Positions 34,840 to 48,964 are shown, counted from the stretch's first letter. The stretch: 64,000 nt of DNA from Octopus bimaculoides (GCF_001194135.2 NC_068984.1:40190202-40254201), one strand, 5' to 3'. Numbers and translations are program-made. The notes: a model not told the origin generated them from the sequence alone.

Positions 34840-37800
34840 ACAATGACATTATTGTTCACTGATTGCAATATCAAATCAAAATTACTTATAACTCTAAACT
34901 CACCATGTCTTTTAGGTATTAGTTCTATCATGCAACTTCTGTTAGTAACTTAAGAATACTACTGTGGCTTTGATATTCTTTATTTTATTTAAACTAGTGA
35001 CTTCTGACTTGGGTAGTTCCAAATTTAAGAAAACTTCAGTTATTCTTAATATTTGCTGTTTTTAAATTTCTGATTTTATGAAATTCATACACTGGCAATA
35101 GATTGTTTGTTTTGATGTTCATTTTAGTTTTATGAGATATTTTTCAACAATGGTTTTTGTTTCACTTAATGAAAATGGAAGTGATATCAGTGATTATCAT
35201 TTCAACTTAAAAATGATACTAAATTTCTAAAATGATTACTGAAAGCACTAGAGCCACCTTTCCCTAATTCTTGCAATTAAGAAATGATTATTTTCACCAA
35301 AATTAAAGTAAAAATAATCAAAGATAAGCATAAAATTGGAGCCAGGTAGAGTGGTGGTTTATGTGCCACTACCTGATCTTTAGTAGTATCCAGTATGGTT
35401 CAGGTCTCTAGTCTGTGGTCAGTTTTCTCCTTTTTCTCCCGCCAGTCTTAGTAGACCTGAGTAAGGTCATAGACATTACTTCTCCCTCTACTTCTTGGAT
35501 GAAGTCATGTAAAAAAATTTTAAGTCAGAAAAATATAACAATAATAACAGATGTTTATGTCATGCAGAAAAGAAAACTTGTCTCTCTGGGTAGGGAGGGA
35601 CCTTTTACACAGAAACAAGGCATCTTTAATGATGGCAATGAATGCTTAAGTTACAATCATTATTCTCAAAATATATTCTTTTTGTAAAATAATAAATTTC
35701 TTAACACTGAATTTTGCCTATCCTTATGTATAGTCTAAATACCTCATTTTATAATCAAGAGATATGTTGTTATGCAAATATTTTTAGTTCAGCTGACATC
35801 ACAATTGGAAATTTTTTGTTGTTTTTATTTTACTTTTATTTTTCTATCTTCAATTATGTTTTTATCTATTTGTTTATGGAAAGAAGTAAGCTGACTCATA
35901 GTCCTTAAGCATATGCAGTATTCAAATTTCTCAATTATATTATAAAATTTCCCATACAGATTATAACGTTCTCACTATATATTCTATTCAGTTCAGTTTA
36001 TTACATACAGATACAATGAAAATGGTGGATGCTTACAGTAGGTTGAAAAGAAAAGATTGCAAATGTGCAGGCTCTCAATTAATTTTAGGAAATTGCTAAA
36101 AGCTTCAGGGTTAGACAGGAGTAGATGCATTCATACAATTAGTTAATCAGATTATAGACAGGAGTGTTATCTCTGGTTACTGGCATGTTAGCACCATTAT
36201 AAGAGAGCCAGTATGATGTATTTCAGAAGAAACAACACAATGAATTAAATTATTACAGACCAACCAATGGTAGTTTGCAAAGAATGTGTTAGTAATAACT
36301 ATGTAAGACAGACTTAAAGTAGAGTCTATGTCTTCGATGTTTTAAAGGAACTGTAACTATTATATTTCTAGTTGGACATTTGTATGAATAGTAAATGTCA
36401 AAGAACATGTAAGTAGTTTATAGCATTTAGAACTAAAATATGCGAGAAATCTAAAGCTTTCTGTTGGTTTGCAGATGTGAAATAAATGAACTCAGCAAAG
36501 GACATTAAATGCAGATTAAATGACCTATAAAAATACTTTTTATGTGCTAAATACTAAAATGTTATATTCTTTTGTAGAAGTTACCTTTGCTTGAGATGAT
36601 TAATTACAAGATTGTTGTATTCTCTCTCTCTCTATCTCTATCCCTATGATAAAGAAAAAGAGAATGTTGTCAGAATGACAATGATCTTGTTATCAGAATT
36701 ACAATAAACTCCATGCCTATTATACAGTTATATTGTTAGCATTAGAAATTATCATGTTAAACAAATATATATAAAAAAAAACATGTGAATCTTACACATG
36801 CTAACATAGAAAGATGTGTTTAATTGGGATTAAATCTTCATTATTATGTCAGTTAAAGAGAAAACAATTTTCTCGTAGTGTTGAAATCTACTTTGAATTT
36901 CATTATCCTCATCATCATCATCGTTTAATGTCTGCTTTCCATGCTGACATGGGTTGAACGGTTTGACTGAGGGTTGGCGAACCAGAAGTCTGCACCAGTC
37001 TTCAGTCTGATCTGGCAAGTTTCTACAGCTGGATGCCCTTCCTAATGCCAACCACTCCAAGAGTGTAGTAGGTGCTTTTACATGCCTCTGGCATGAGGGC
37101 CAGTCAGGCGGTACTGGCAACGACCATGCTTGAATGGTGCTTTTTTACATACCACTGGCGTAGGAGCCAGTCAGCATCCCTGGCAACGATCACGGTTGAA
37201 TGGTGCTTTTAATGTTCCACTGGCTATACCAAATTGTTTTAGCTTTAAATTATATGTTCCAATTTATCATTTGATATGCCAATTATTCAGTCTTTATGCT
37301 GCTAATCTTGTCCAAAATGTAATGTGACATCATAAATATTGGAAGATTAAAAAAAAAAAAAAATGAAATAATATTTGTATGCAAATTATTAAAAATCATA
37401 TTAAAAAACAAGCATTTATCCATTTTTGCCTTGCCTTGGGCCTTCAACTCCTGATGGCATCATAGAGACATTGTCATGATATGAGCATTTCAAACCTTGA
37501 ATAGCCCATCCCTCTCCATTTTTATGCTCATTAATCAGAAGATTTAAAATTAACACTTAATGATCTTTTGAAATCAACATTTAATAGCTAGCAAGTAAAT
37601 GTTTACAAAAGCAGCTGTATCTAATGCATTGAATTTAAGGGTTTCCCATAGTGTATTCAGTTTCCAGGAAGTTCAATTTCTATAACCCTGTTGTCTATTA
37701 ACCTATCACTCTCAGTCCAACATTTCCAATATGATGAAAACCACTTTTAACAATGAATTTCTGTAATGCTTTGAGTCTGTCTTCCTCCTCAAAGGATCAC

Positions 37801-40800
37801 TAGTATGGCTTCTGGAAAGCTAGATTGACTAGAGACCTGCTTTGATATGTCACTCATTTTTGGTCTGTTAGTCTTGAGAAATTTTATGAAAACAATGTTT
37901 TTTTGGCAAAGTATTTAACTGTCCCAACTTTAAGGATCTCCTGCTCTTCTGTTCACCTATAGGCTCCTTCCATCTCTTGTTTCTTAGACTGGAAAGTTCT
38001 TCACAGATTGCACCATCTCAATGTGCACCGACTAACCTCTAGGTGACCATCATGTTGGTGTGTCTCAAGATTCAGAAAGGAAAAAATTATTCCCACATTA
38101 GGACAGTACTGCTGGTACACACATGAACATCCTAAACTGCATCAAAAAGATGGTATACTACCTATTAATAAGGAGTTGCTCTCCATATACAGTCCAACAT
38201 TTAAATCACAGAAATGCTTTCCTTATGTGGCTTTTTCTATCACAACTATAATAGCCTCTGCCCCTCAGAACTAAGCAATTGCATATCTCCACACTCTATA
38301 CTAGCCCACTCAACATACCTACCTCTCCTGCTATCACCACCCTTTCTTTTTTTCCCCCCTCATCTGGTTCTACACTGACCACTAATCTTAATCCTTTCTT
38401 ACCAGAATGTCAACTCCCTAGAATTCTCTCCTTCCTCCACCATGTTTCTCATACAGACATGAACTTTCAGACTTATAATATGAACATCAGTTACATCAAT
38501 TGCTACAGTCTCTGAGGTCCTGTGAAGGTTATGGTTGTAGTCCTATCCTTTTAACCATAATAAACTATTAGAAAGTACTTGCAAACCATTATATATTTTT
38601 GTCATATGCATTTATGTTTAAAACTAAAATAACATGATTGCTTAAATTTTTACAAGCTTGATTTGTTTTCTGAAGCAATTAGAATAGTCTGGCATTGAAG
38701 TTGTATTTTTCACTTTCCTATCTGTATTATACTGTATATCTTTCTATATTTTTTTCCTTTTGGTATTGATTCTTCTAAATTAATGTTCTGTTTTGTTGGT
38801 TGCTATTTCCACAAGTCTGGCCTGACAATTATGTTTTATACATTTCTCATTGTCCTCTAATCTGGGAAATGTTGTTATAAATCTTATAAACAGTTGTACA
38901 TCGTCTAACCTCTATAGCCTTTATTCCATAAACATTCCATAAAGTATTATTACTTAAATATTCTGTCTGTGATGGGACTTGAAATTTATAAGATAGTACA
39001 CATTGTGCTGTTGAAAACTTAATTTGCTCTAAAATTCAGTGATGGACTAATTGTATAGTGTATTGTTGGAATGTTATTTTTAATGAGTGTTCATTAAAAA
39101 CTTTAATATCCAATTAAGAGTAAACATTGATTACACTGGTGGTTAAATATTTTCTTATTTTTGAGTTGCCCTAAAGATTTTTGCTTTTACAACACCTACT
39201 TTGTTAGGAATACCACACCATTACTTGCATAGATAGATAGCTTTAAGCCTAATTGATTGGTATTCTCCCATAGTTAATAAGTCTATAAAAAATTTATTTA
39301 CAGTTATGTTTATTACTGTCCAGCTTCTCTGCAAAGGTTTTTCTAAGATTTAATTTAACCTCTGTATTACTAAAATGAAAATGCACTGCTTATGTCTTTG
39401 AATTAACTTTGAAATTAATCAAGAATTTTGAGGGATTTAGTAAAATAGCTAACCTTTTTATTATTAAACCAACATTTGGAACATAAATCTTCTGACATAA
39501 AATGATGGAAGGTTTTTTTTATATAAATGAAAACACTTCAAAGCAGTTGGTTTTGTATCACAGAACCAGAGGTGTCTCAGGCAGATTACCCCATTCTCTA
39601 GTTATACTTGGCCCTAAAATCATTGTCAATTTATTATAATTTTCCCTATACATCTTGTGTTCAGTTTGTTGTCTTACACATAATTTGTTTTAGACAAGTA
39701 TGGTTCTACTTGATAAATAGGTTTTCTTTTTTAGCAAAGTGTAACTTTTCAACCATAAATTAGGTAGGGGAAATTGTTACCTAGGTGAACGACAACAACT
39801 AAAGTTGTGTGTCTTGTTCAGGGACATATTAAAATGTAGTAAAATTTGAACCTGTGATCATATGGTCACTTTTCTGGCATTTTAACCACAGAGCAGTTCT
39901 ATTTTACTTTCTCATTCCATTTCCAAAACAGTACACTTGTTTCTCCTGTAAATATAATGGCTGATATGCAACATTTAATTTACACTACACACACATTTCT
40001 TATCACTGTTTTATCATCCATCTTCTACTGTTAGATAGCTTTTCAATTTTCATGTGATTTGTTCTTCAAATGTATCTTTTATATGGAATGATAATTTTTT
40101 TTCATCATCAAAGAAGTCTTCTTGATGAATTATATATCTTTAATATATTTCTCTATTAATTCATATTTTGATGGATGTATTTCTCTACTGTCTAACATAC
40201 ATGAATCCTTTATATACTTCAGAGCCAAATTACACTTCATCATATTATATTCACTTCCTTCATTATCAGATATTGCCAATTTTTTTAATGTAGATTTTAA
40301 TGTCATAAGGAATAATGTATCTAATCCTGTTAGATTTTATTCAAGAAAGTTTTGTCATAAGATGTTCCATTAGTTTCATTTGAAGAACTGGACTTGCTTT
40401 ATTAATTTGACTTCTATAACTTATGAAGTCTACTTATCACTTCAAGACAGTTATTACTATTCATTGTAGCGTTGTTATATTTACAGAAGCTTCTTTGTTC
40501 ACTCTTTGAAGAAAGACACTTTCCTTATTTCAGTTGTATTGCATAATATCACAACCAAAATTTTAGTTGCTTTAGGATTTTCAATTAGTTTAATGTGGGT
40601 CTGGGTTTCCAGATTTGAAGTTCTTTTAAACTTAAACCACACTCCTTAAAACCCTGCAAAGAACATAGATCATATCTATACAGAGTTTTCCAAATGTACC
40701 TATGAGGTGATGTCTTACTTCAAAAGTTTTAAATTTTTGGATGTAAAATGATATACTGAGAAAGTAAATCAGAATCGTACCAATACATACCTTGATTTTC

Positions 40801-41419
40801 TTCTAATTTGATAGTTTCATTTATTTATGGATTAAAAATATTGTTTTTTTAAAAAATTCAAATGCAAAATCAAAAACATATAAAAGAAAAAAAGATAATG
40901 TTGGATATTCATGCTTTTTTTTCAAGTATATTATGAAATGGGAATAAATGAAGTAAGCTTGGATTTGAAAGCTCGTCTCATATTCAGATTATTAGGAGTA
41001 TATCTCTTACTTTACAGTGCTTGGTAAAAAAGTAAGAATGGGATTTATTGAAGAATGATATTTTTTCTTTAATGGGCTAGGACCATTCAAAGATAATATT
41101 TGTATTTATTAGATGAGAATGTATGGTTAGTTATATGAGATAAAAAGGAATATGTACTATATTTACTCCTAGCTGGTAACTATTTCGTTCTTTCTTCTAG
41201 TCTCTTTCTGAAATGCTAATATTCTCATTTAGTACAAATGATGAGTGATATTGTTTGTGAAAATAAGGGCTGAAACAGGTATGCAAAGGTTATGTAACAA
41301 GTAATAAAACAAAACAGAAAATAACATGAAAGAAAATATTTATTGAGTATCATTAAACATTTAACATTTATAATAGAAATTTAATGTTTACAAATTCTAT
41401 GTGAGAGAGCGAGAGAGAG

Positions 41420-41459
<40 letters not shown>

Positions 41460-41474
41460 AGTGAGAATATAAAT

Positions 41475-42686
41475 TCAAACTTGTGTCTGTGTAAATACTC
41501 TTGGCTTTGAGAAAGTGACCTTTTGCTTTTCTTTAAAAAAACTTGAATCAGGAACTTGAATGGGCTTACTTTCTTGGAAGTAGTGTTGCTCACTGAGAGG
41601 TCTCTCCATGCTTTGTTGCGAATAAAATGTACTGGATCTGGAGACCTTGTTACCACTGCATGTTTGAGTGAGGAAAACTTTTGTGGATTTCTTTGTCCAG
41701 ATGTTGATACGTTTACAGAAATAAATGTATATGAATAATTTTAGGCTGTGATATCCATACTGGAACATTTGACAAATTGCATCAGCTAGTTTAAGTTTAG
41801 CACCAAGATTTTGTGTATATGGCAGGAGTCCGTAAACAACACAATGATGAATTACTGTCAGGCCTACTTTAGGGAGTGTACATACAATGTAGATAATAGC
41901 TATGACTATAACAATATAGCACATTTCGTGAAAAGATTCAATATCCATGTAGTACTTCTTTAACACTGGTTCCATACCTTTTGCATTGCTTATGTTTGCA
42001 TGCAGAATCATAGCAATCATGGTTACTAGCAGACATATTACCAAGAGTGGAATAACATCTTTTATGAAGATGTCAAGGTAGTGCCATATCTGATCTTTGA
42101 AGACATCTGAAAATTCATCCACATTGATGCATACTTTACTCTGTAAGATGCTGGTGCCTTGTTTACTAACAAGTGCATGGGTCCAGAAATAATGAATGTT
42201 AATTCCAATCAGCATGACTGTTATAAATAAAATGATAGCACGTGCATGTTCTCTGGTGCATGATTTATATTTAAAAATTGGAGACTTTATAGAGATTAAA
42301 CATTCTCCTGTGATAGCGACCACGAGCCAGGCAGAAAAATGGAAAATAAAATTGTAGAAAAATAGATAAACCTGGCACATTGCATCTGTGCTTGTCATAA
42401 TAACTATGTTGAGATCAATGTTAGTAAGCTGTTTGTACCACCTGTTTCCACAGTCAAGATAGAGAATAAGTAGATCAACGATAGCCAGAACACTGAGATA
42501 AATACAGCTAGACCAGACTCGAGCACTCATTTTATGCATCATCACTAATGACATAATATTTCCAATTGTGCCACACAGCAGGAATATAGGATTTAGATAC
42601 TTGTACATTGTCTGTATGATGGTTTCCTCCATGCCTGTAATACTGCTGTTTTTAGCAAACAGCAGTTCCTCTTTTAGAGTAGGCAT
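41475..42686 (-). CDS. Intronless class A (rhodopsin-like) 7TM GPCR, FMRFamide-receptor-like/GPR139-142-like lophotrochozoan type, about 403 aa from MPTLKEE (the ORF track's 423-aa version starts at 42746)
   Basis: Uninterrupted ORF with seven hydrophobic segments and family motifs: TM1 GTIGN, TM2 YLSVLAIVD, C3.25, TM3 SAWLVVAITGECLISIKSP, ICL2/TM4 CTREHA...NIHYFW, TM5 W..LD...DVIP, TM6 CTLP, TM7 HSLKLFIY. Two N-glycosylation-type sequons (NSS in the N-terminus, NIS in ICL3). TGA stop at 41475-41477. Confidence 0.9.
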   Translation of the reverse strand: MPTLKEELLFAKNSSITGMEETIIQTMYKYLNPIFLLCGTIGNIMSLVMMHKMSARVWSSCIYLSVLAIVDLLILYLDCGNRWYKQLTNIDLNIVIMTSTDAMCQVYLFFYNFIFHFSAWLVVAITGECLISIKSPIFKYKSCTREHARAIILFITVMLIGINIHYFWTHALVSKQGTSILQSKVCINVDEFSDVFKDQIWHYLDIFIKDVIPLLVICLLVTMIAMILHANISNAKGMEPVLKKYYMDIESFHEMCYIVIVIAIIYIVCTLPKVGLTVIHHCVVYGLLPYTQNLGAKLKLADAICQMFQYGYHSLKLFIYIYFCKRINIWTKKSTKVFLTQTCSGNKVSRSSTFYSQQSMERPLSEQHYFQESKPIQVPDSSFFKEKQKVTFSKPRVFTQTQV

Positions 42687-42703
42687 GATTAAATATTTGG
42701 TAT

Positions 42704-42722
42704 CTGAAATGTAATAGAACAG
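42704..42722 (-). promoter_or_regulatory. Putative 3' splice acceptor (ttctattacatttcag) 17 nt upstream of the GPCR ATG
   Basis: The minus strand reads ..tgttctattacatttcag|ATACCAAATATTTAATCATGCCT. A pyrimidine-rich tract plus CAG implies an upstream, probably 5'UTR, exon. Confidence 0.6.
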
Positions 42723-45700
42723 TAAATTGGAGTAAAACTGCAACATATTGTATTAGAAATGCTTAAAGTTTTCAATATTATAGAAAAAATAAAGCACAGA
42801 TAAACATAATTTTATCATTTTTACTTGCCTTTATACTTGCCCTTTGAAAAAAAAAAACAAAGAAAGTATTTAGTGAAAGTAAGTCTTGTAGCATATTGTG
42901 TTATAGTGATACCACTGCATTCACTACTGTGAACTGTATAATCTAGAGGTACTGATTTACAACCAGATGGTCTGGATCATTGAGATGTAAGTGTCTTTAG
43001 TTGAATGAATTTTCACTGAAATTGCTTGAGCATAGACATGTAATATACAACAGATTAAAAATGTCTACTTTTTACAGGTTACATTCAATAAATCAATAAA
43101 ACCTGACAAAACTTAAAATCATGGCAAACATTTTAACATTGTTTTCTTCATGAAAATGTTTACTGCTTTCTTATGAGACTATGGTTATGGAATTTCTGAA
43201 TATTGATTTCTTTTGCTCGGAATTAATTTTTTGGCTGGCTAATATAGTTAGTTAACTCGCATTACTTGTAGTAGTATAGACAGCTGAGCACATTAATTGT
43301 ATGTATAATACCGACCCTTGTGCGATTTGAACTCAGAACAGTTAGGAACCAAACTAACAGCAGTAAGCATCTAGTCTAGTGTTTGGTAGCATTAGTTATC
43401 TCTATTGCCAATGATATTTCTGAATATTAAAAAATGTAATTATGATTGTTTTTACTAGTCATTTATTTCATAAATAGGAATAATTTTAAGATAACAATTT
43501 CCAAGTAGAGTATGAATATTAATTTTTATAAATGATCCATAAATCTTTACTCTATAAGAATCCCCATATTTAAATATCTGAAGTTGAACAACTTCTAATG
43601 ATAGCAACATTTCTGCCTGTTAATTATTTTCTCATTATCAGTATGATATTATTTTCTCATTATCAGCACAGTTCTGTGCTTATTTTCATGAACTTGTAAG
43701 CTCAGTGGAAAATATGCTTTGTTTACAAAATTACATGCAGTTGTGTGTGTGTGTGTGTGAGTGCGTGTGTGTGTGTGTGGTGTGAGTGCGCGCATGTGGG
43801 CACATTTACACAATCTTTTGAGGTGAGTTATACAAGCATAGGTTTGTTTAATCTTTCTTACAAAAAGATATTAGTCATATATAGATATCATTAATTTTCT
43901 CCAAGGAATGTCTTGGGCTAGAGTAATATTCTTTCTACTGAGACATGTTTTCGTACAAAATTCTCATAATGATAATCTATTACAATTATAGATACAGGTG
44001 ATGATACATGTTTATATAGTTGTTAGCCAAAATCATTGAAGTCTAAGGTATCATGATTGATTGAATGGTCTAAAGCTGTTAATAAATAAGAGATAACTTT
44101 GACTATAAAGCAGCTGCTAGTTTATCGTAGATTAATATTCTAGATAGGTGCGTATCATCTTAGCAATTAGAGTGAGGTAAGAAATGTAATCTACCTCATC
44201 AAACAAAGCAGCTTCAATGTCTTTGAGGAATTTTTAACTCCTCTAAGCCACACATTTATAAGGTTATCAGAACTTGTACACATTCTTCATACTTTTGGCA
44301 CCTGTTATTACTTGAATCAGTAGGAAGTATTATATTATGTTGTTTAACTTATTATGGGAAATAAATATTATTTCCAAAATTCTGTATTAGATTACAAAGC
44401 TGTTATATATTTTTTTCAAATATTCCTCAAAGTGTGTAATTAATTGATTAAAATATTTGCTAAACCATTTATTTATTTATTTCAAGCATGGTGGAAATTA
44501 GTCAGTTAAACTTTAGTTTTGCTTGACTAATTGTATTCATTAGCTCATATCATTAAGTAATTAGCATTATTAAATGTCACCGTGACATTCTTGTCTTACT
44601 CAAAAGCGTTTTGGTTTATCTCTGAGCTGGTATTCAAATGAATTAGAACTGAGAAATTCAGTTTACTTCATCAAACTTGGATAGAAGAATTATAAACCAG
44701 ATTCAAGGTAATCTTTACATGGAAATATTCATGGCTACTCTTTCAGCTGCATTTGTTTGGAAATTACTTCAAAATGGCAGAAATAAATTTACTCTTACAA
44801 TACTTGGCTTCTTTGTCTGTCCTGACTTACTAAATCTGTTTTAAAGTTGACAATAAGAGAAATGTGAAAAGAAAGTCGAATCACTCAAATTTTAAGTTGG
44901 TAACACTTACTTTAAGGTTGATAGTTTTACTTATGTAAATTTTCTGTAAAAGTGTTTGTACTTTTCTTGTACATGCATGTATGCATGCGCGCATGAGCAC
45001 ACATACACACATGTATTGATTGTGTGTAGGAATTGTTGAATTTGCTGTGTTTGAATTCATCAACAGCATTTCAAATTATTCTAGGTAAGCTGATTGTGAA
45101 ATTGATACATTAATTCAATTGTAGGTATCTTCTTAACAACTACATCAGTGATTTAAATAATGGTGTCTTCTTTTTCTGATATGATTAAGGTAGAACCATA
45201 GTGAGTGGAGAGTATGAATAGGTGAACTCACTGAAAATAATTCTCATATGTTCAAAAGCAGTGTATTTAATAAATATCATAGAAATTAATTATTGCAGTT
45301 TAAAGAATTGTCACACTAGTATTCTTGACTATGCAGATACCATTTGAAAAATCTGTCTACATTTTCTAATGAAGGCCTACTTTAAATTTCATAAATTCTA
45401 TAGAATCTTATTTTTGAATCATGAACATTTTTATATTGTAACCAATTATGTTGTATTCAGATTAACTAATTTTAGAGAAATGGAAGTTCAGTTTAGTGAC
45501 TTTTTAAAGCATTATTTGGTTTTTCAAATAAATTAAATTATTGATGGAGTTATCAACATGAGACATGATTGAAATTTCTACATTGTAACAGGTGTGTTGA
45601 CTTCACCGAGCTGAACATAATTGTAAATATTCTAGTTTATTGATATTTGGTAAAAATTTTGTTTCATTTTGAGGGGATGCTATAGAAATCAGTATTCATT

Positions 45701-47409
45701 TCTAAAGAGCCTGTGTTTTAGGATTCACTCTTGTTTAACCACAAATGTTATTCTAGTTTCTTGTTTGATTTTACAACTTAATTAATCATTGTTATAATGT
45801 ATTAATTTATGAAAAGGTATTTTACTTCTTGTATATATGCAGGTTTTATATTTTAATCAAAATTGATATTAATTATTATTATTATTATTTTAAATTCTAA
45901 TGTCATTGAGTGTATCAGTACATTGTATTTTAGTATTTCTGTCTTTTAGTATTCTGATGGAAATTTGTTTCTAGTTATAGATGAAGTATACTGTAGCAAA
46001 CTATCATTGTGTAATTCTTGTCTTCTCTATAGAACCAATTTTTCAATATTTGTCTAATGTCCTGAATAATATTTGTTGATAGAAAAAAAAACAAACAAAA
46101 GCTTGTTAAAATAGTTATAATACACAACTTCTTGACTGGAAAATTATGCACACGGTATCATCCCTATCATTTAGCTTCCCTATTATACTTGACAACAATA
46201 AAGGTGACATTGTAAAGATAATAACTTCTTGTTAGAATACTGTATTTCCTGAAGTTTAACATTTAGTTTGGTGGTATGTTATTTCAAGATAGAATCTTTC
46301 CCTGTCATCTGATGAATGAGTGATGTATAACAGATAACTTGTTAAATTTACATATTTTATTTAAATTACTGCTCGTCATAGCCATTGTGTACTAGACTAC
46401 CAGACAGATTGATGACATTATGAATATTTCCTAGACATTTTGCAGTGATACTTTCTAATTTGAAAGCTAAGGCTGTTTGTTGTTGTTTAACTCCAGATTA
46501 GCTCTCATTGAGTAGATCTATGACCAAGGAATTTTAGTCATGATGATTCCATTTTTTTCCAAACATATGATATTATAAATTGTATTTTCCAATCTGTCCA
46601 ATAAGACACAACTACATTATTCAGTGAGCTGTATAGCCAATAGGTACTAAACTAGATACAACAGCATAACTAAAGCAAAATTTCTACTACAATTTGAATG
46701 AATAACAACACATTTCAAATGCTAAAATCTCATCATCTTCTGATTTGTATATTTCTATTTTACTATTTAATAGCAACTGAATTGTTGAGATTTTTACTTT
46801 CATTTATTAATCTGAGGGAGGGAGGCTGGGTCTGTAGCATTTTCAGACTGAGAGATTGGGAAAACTGTATGAGGCTTATGTGGTTGATGTTGTTTTACAT
46901 TCAAGGGTATGGGCAATAAAATAGTTTCTCTAAGTGGTGCTGGTGTTGGGGAGTGTGAAGCTCTGCAATATGCAGCATTGTTGAAGTAATGTCATGAAAA
47001 AAGCTGATGTATTGAGTGAGAGTGCTGTGTAAAGTTGGCCCGTTTGAAGTTGTAAAGACAATTGTTCTAAAGCTAGAAATGGAGGAACATCCAACTGTTG
47101 TAAAGTGTTTTAGTATATGTAGTAGCAGGAAAAAAGTCTTTTTGATATCAAAATGTCATGAATCCAAATATAGTGTTGTGTTTGGCAATATTCATTACAC
47201 AAAACCAGCTGTCCTTATAACCTAAGGTCTAGAAAATCCTTGGGTCCATGGACAGATTTCAGTGGTTCTCTGAACTTTCATGGGGGAAAAACATTTTCAC
47301 AAAGTACTAACTGGATTTAGAATTTCATGCAATATTAGATATAAGTAAAAAAAAAAATCTTAAATTTGTTATTATTCTCTAAGAAAGCATATTTAATTTT
47401 ATGCTTTTA

Positions 47410-47616
47410 ATAATTTTGCATTTAAACTGACCATATCCGGCCAAAACATGCTTCCTGTTTTATGTTCAAACTTCTCACACCTAACCGACAATGCCATTCT
47501 AAAAGTAGATATTAACATCATCCAAATCTAAAAACTATGAGACATGATTAATTCAAAACAATATGAATAAATAAGCTTTACATATGACAGAGTAATTTGA
47601 ACACTAAAGGGTTAAA
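47410..47616. mobile_element. Degenerate copy of the same TTAA MITE family
   Basis: Shares the interior (ccatatccggccaaa..ttttatgttcaaac..aatgccattcta) and the right end ctaaagggttaa. Confidence 0.6.
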
Positions 47617-48964
47617 CACATTTTGAGGAGATGTGCCTGTAAGTTTCACCAGACGTCGAGTGGGTGAGTGTGAGGGTAGGGGCATGGCACAAATAAAAGA
47701 TGGTAAGAGCTCCAGCTTGACTCACTGTTCAATATTCTACTTGTTTCAATCAGTTTATGTAGAAGCAGGAAAGGTTTCCTGTTGGGAATAATTAACTTTC
47801 GGAAAGAACATTGGTTGCAAAATCTATGCATCCATTTTACTATATTTTTAAATATAATTTTTTTCTGTACTAGATTTGAAAAAATTTAAACAAAAATAGC
47901 CTCCTTTGTTAAACAAAATCTTATTTTCATACTGTGTGTACAGTTAAAACATTTAAAGGCAAAATATTTTTTTCTTGGTTTTAGGTTGCGAAGTTGTAAT
48001 AATTTCTTATTTGTGTGTGTGTGTGCGCGCATGTGCGTTGAAAGGAAGATGGAGGAGAAATGACTTTACTGCATTTGAATTCACATTTTAATGAAAGATG
48101 TTATTGTGACCATATATTAAATAGTTTGTGTTTACATGTATGAGATGTATAGTGTATGTGCACACACATGTGCACTGATTGTTGTTGGCTGTCATAATTG
48201 TTCAGTAAAAGGTATCAGTAGTCTAGTGTTAGTTCTCTGACAGTTCTGTCTCACTTACATAGTTTTATGCATTCAGAAAACACAAAAGCATTGTAAGAAT
48301 TGCCACATTTTCCAAATCCCCTTCCTACGTTTCATTATGAAATCAATGAAACTGATCACCACTTGGTGGGTAGTTTCATTATTTCAAGAAATATATTCTT
48401 AATCTTGGGAAATAGATTATCATGATGTACAATTATCTAGACACAAAATCTGCACACATAAGCGCATGCACAATGGCATATGCACACACACACAGTTATG
48501 TGTCTATGTGTATGCAGGCACACATGCATGAGCATGTATATATGTGTGTGTGTGTATGCATGTATGTAAATGTAATACTTGTTAGTGACTGTCAAGCAGA
48601 ATGGGAAGATGTTTTCAAGAAAATTGAGAACAAATCCTTGCAATGATTAATAATCTGTGAAGAGGATAACCTTATCTTTCAGGCAGTAGTCAGCTATGGG
48701 TACATGTAATCAAATTGACCATTTATTCATAATTTCTTGAGATAAATTATTTTTTTCCTTGAGATTTGCTAAACAATTGCCAATGGATTTATGTTTTCTG
48801 TTTCTAACTCAGATAGACATTTCAGTAAGCTAAGAATTCACCATGTATGATGATCACCCTCCCGCAACTTAATCATCCAAATTCATGCCATTGATTGCTT
48901 TGAAGGATTTTTTTCATAGCTATTTACAATTCTAATTATTCTGTTTATCCTTTTTCAAAAATGT

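Noticed and set aside
37630-38520. Possible LINE endonuclease remnants (similar candidates at about 5200-5740 and 54000-54300)
   Set aside because: Only vague motif resemblance across many stops and frameshifts; not supportable without a profile search.
42687-42746. N-terminal 20 aa of the 423-aa GPCR ORF
   Set aside because: It overlaps a pyrimidine tract and CAG acceptor, so it is more likely intronic. The second ATG (42686) is preferred, though not proven.
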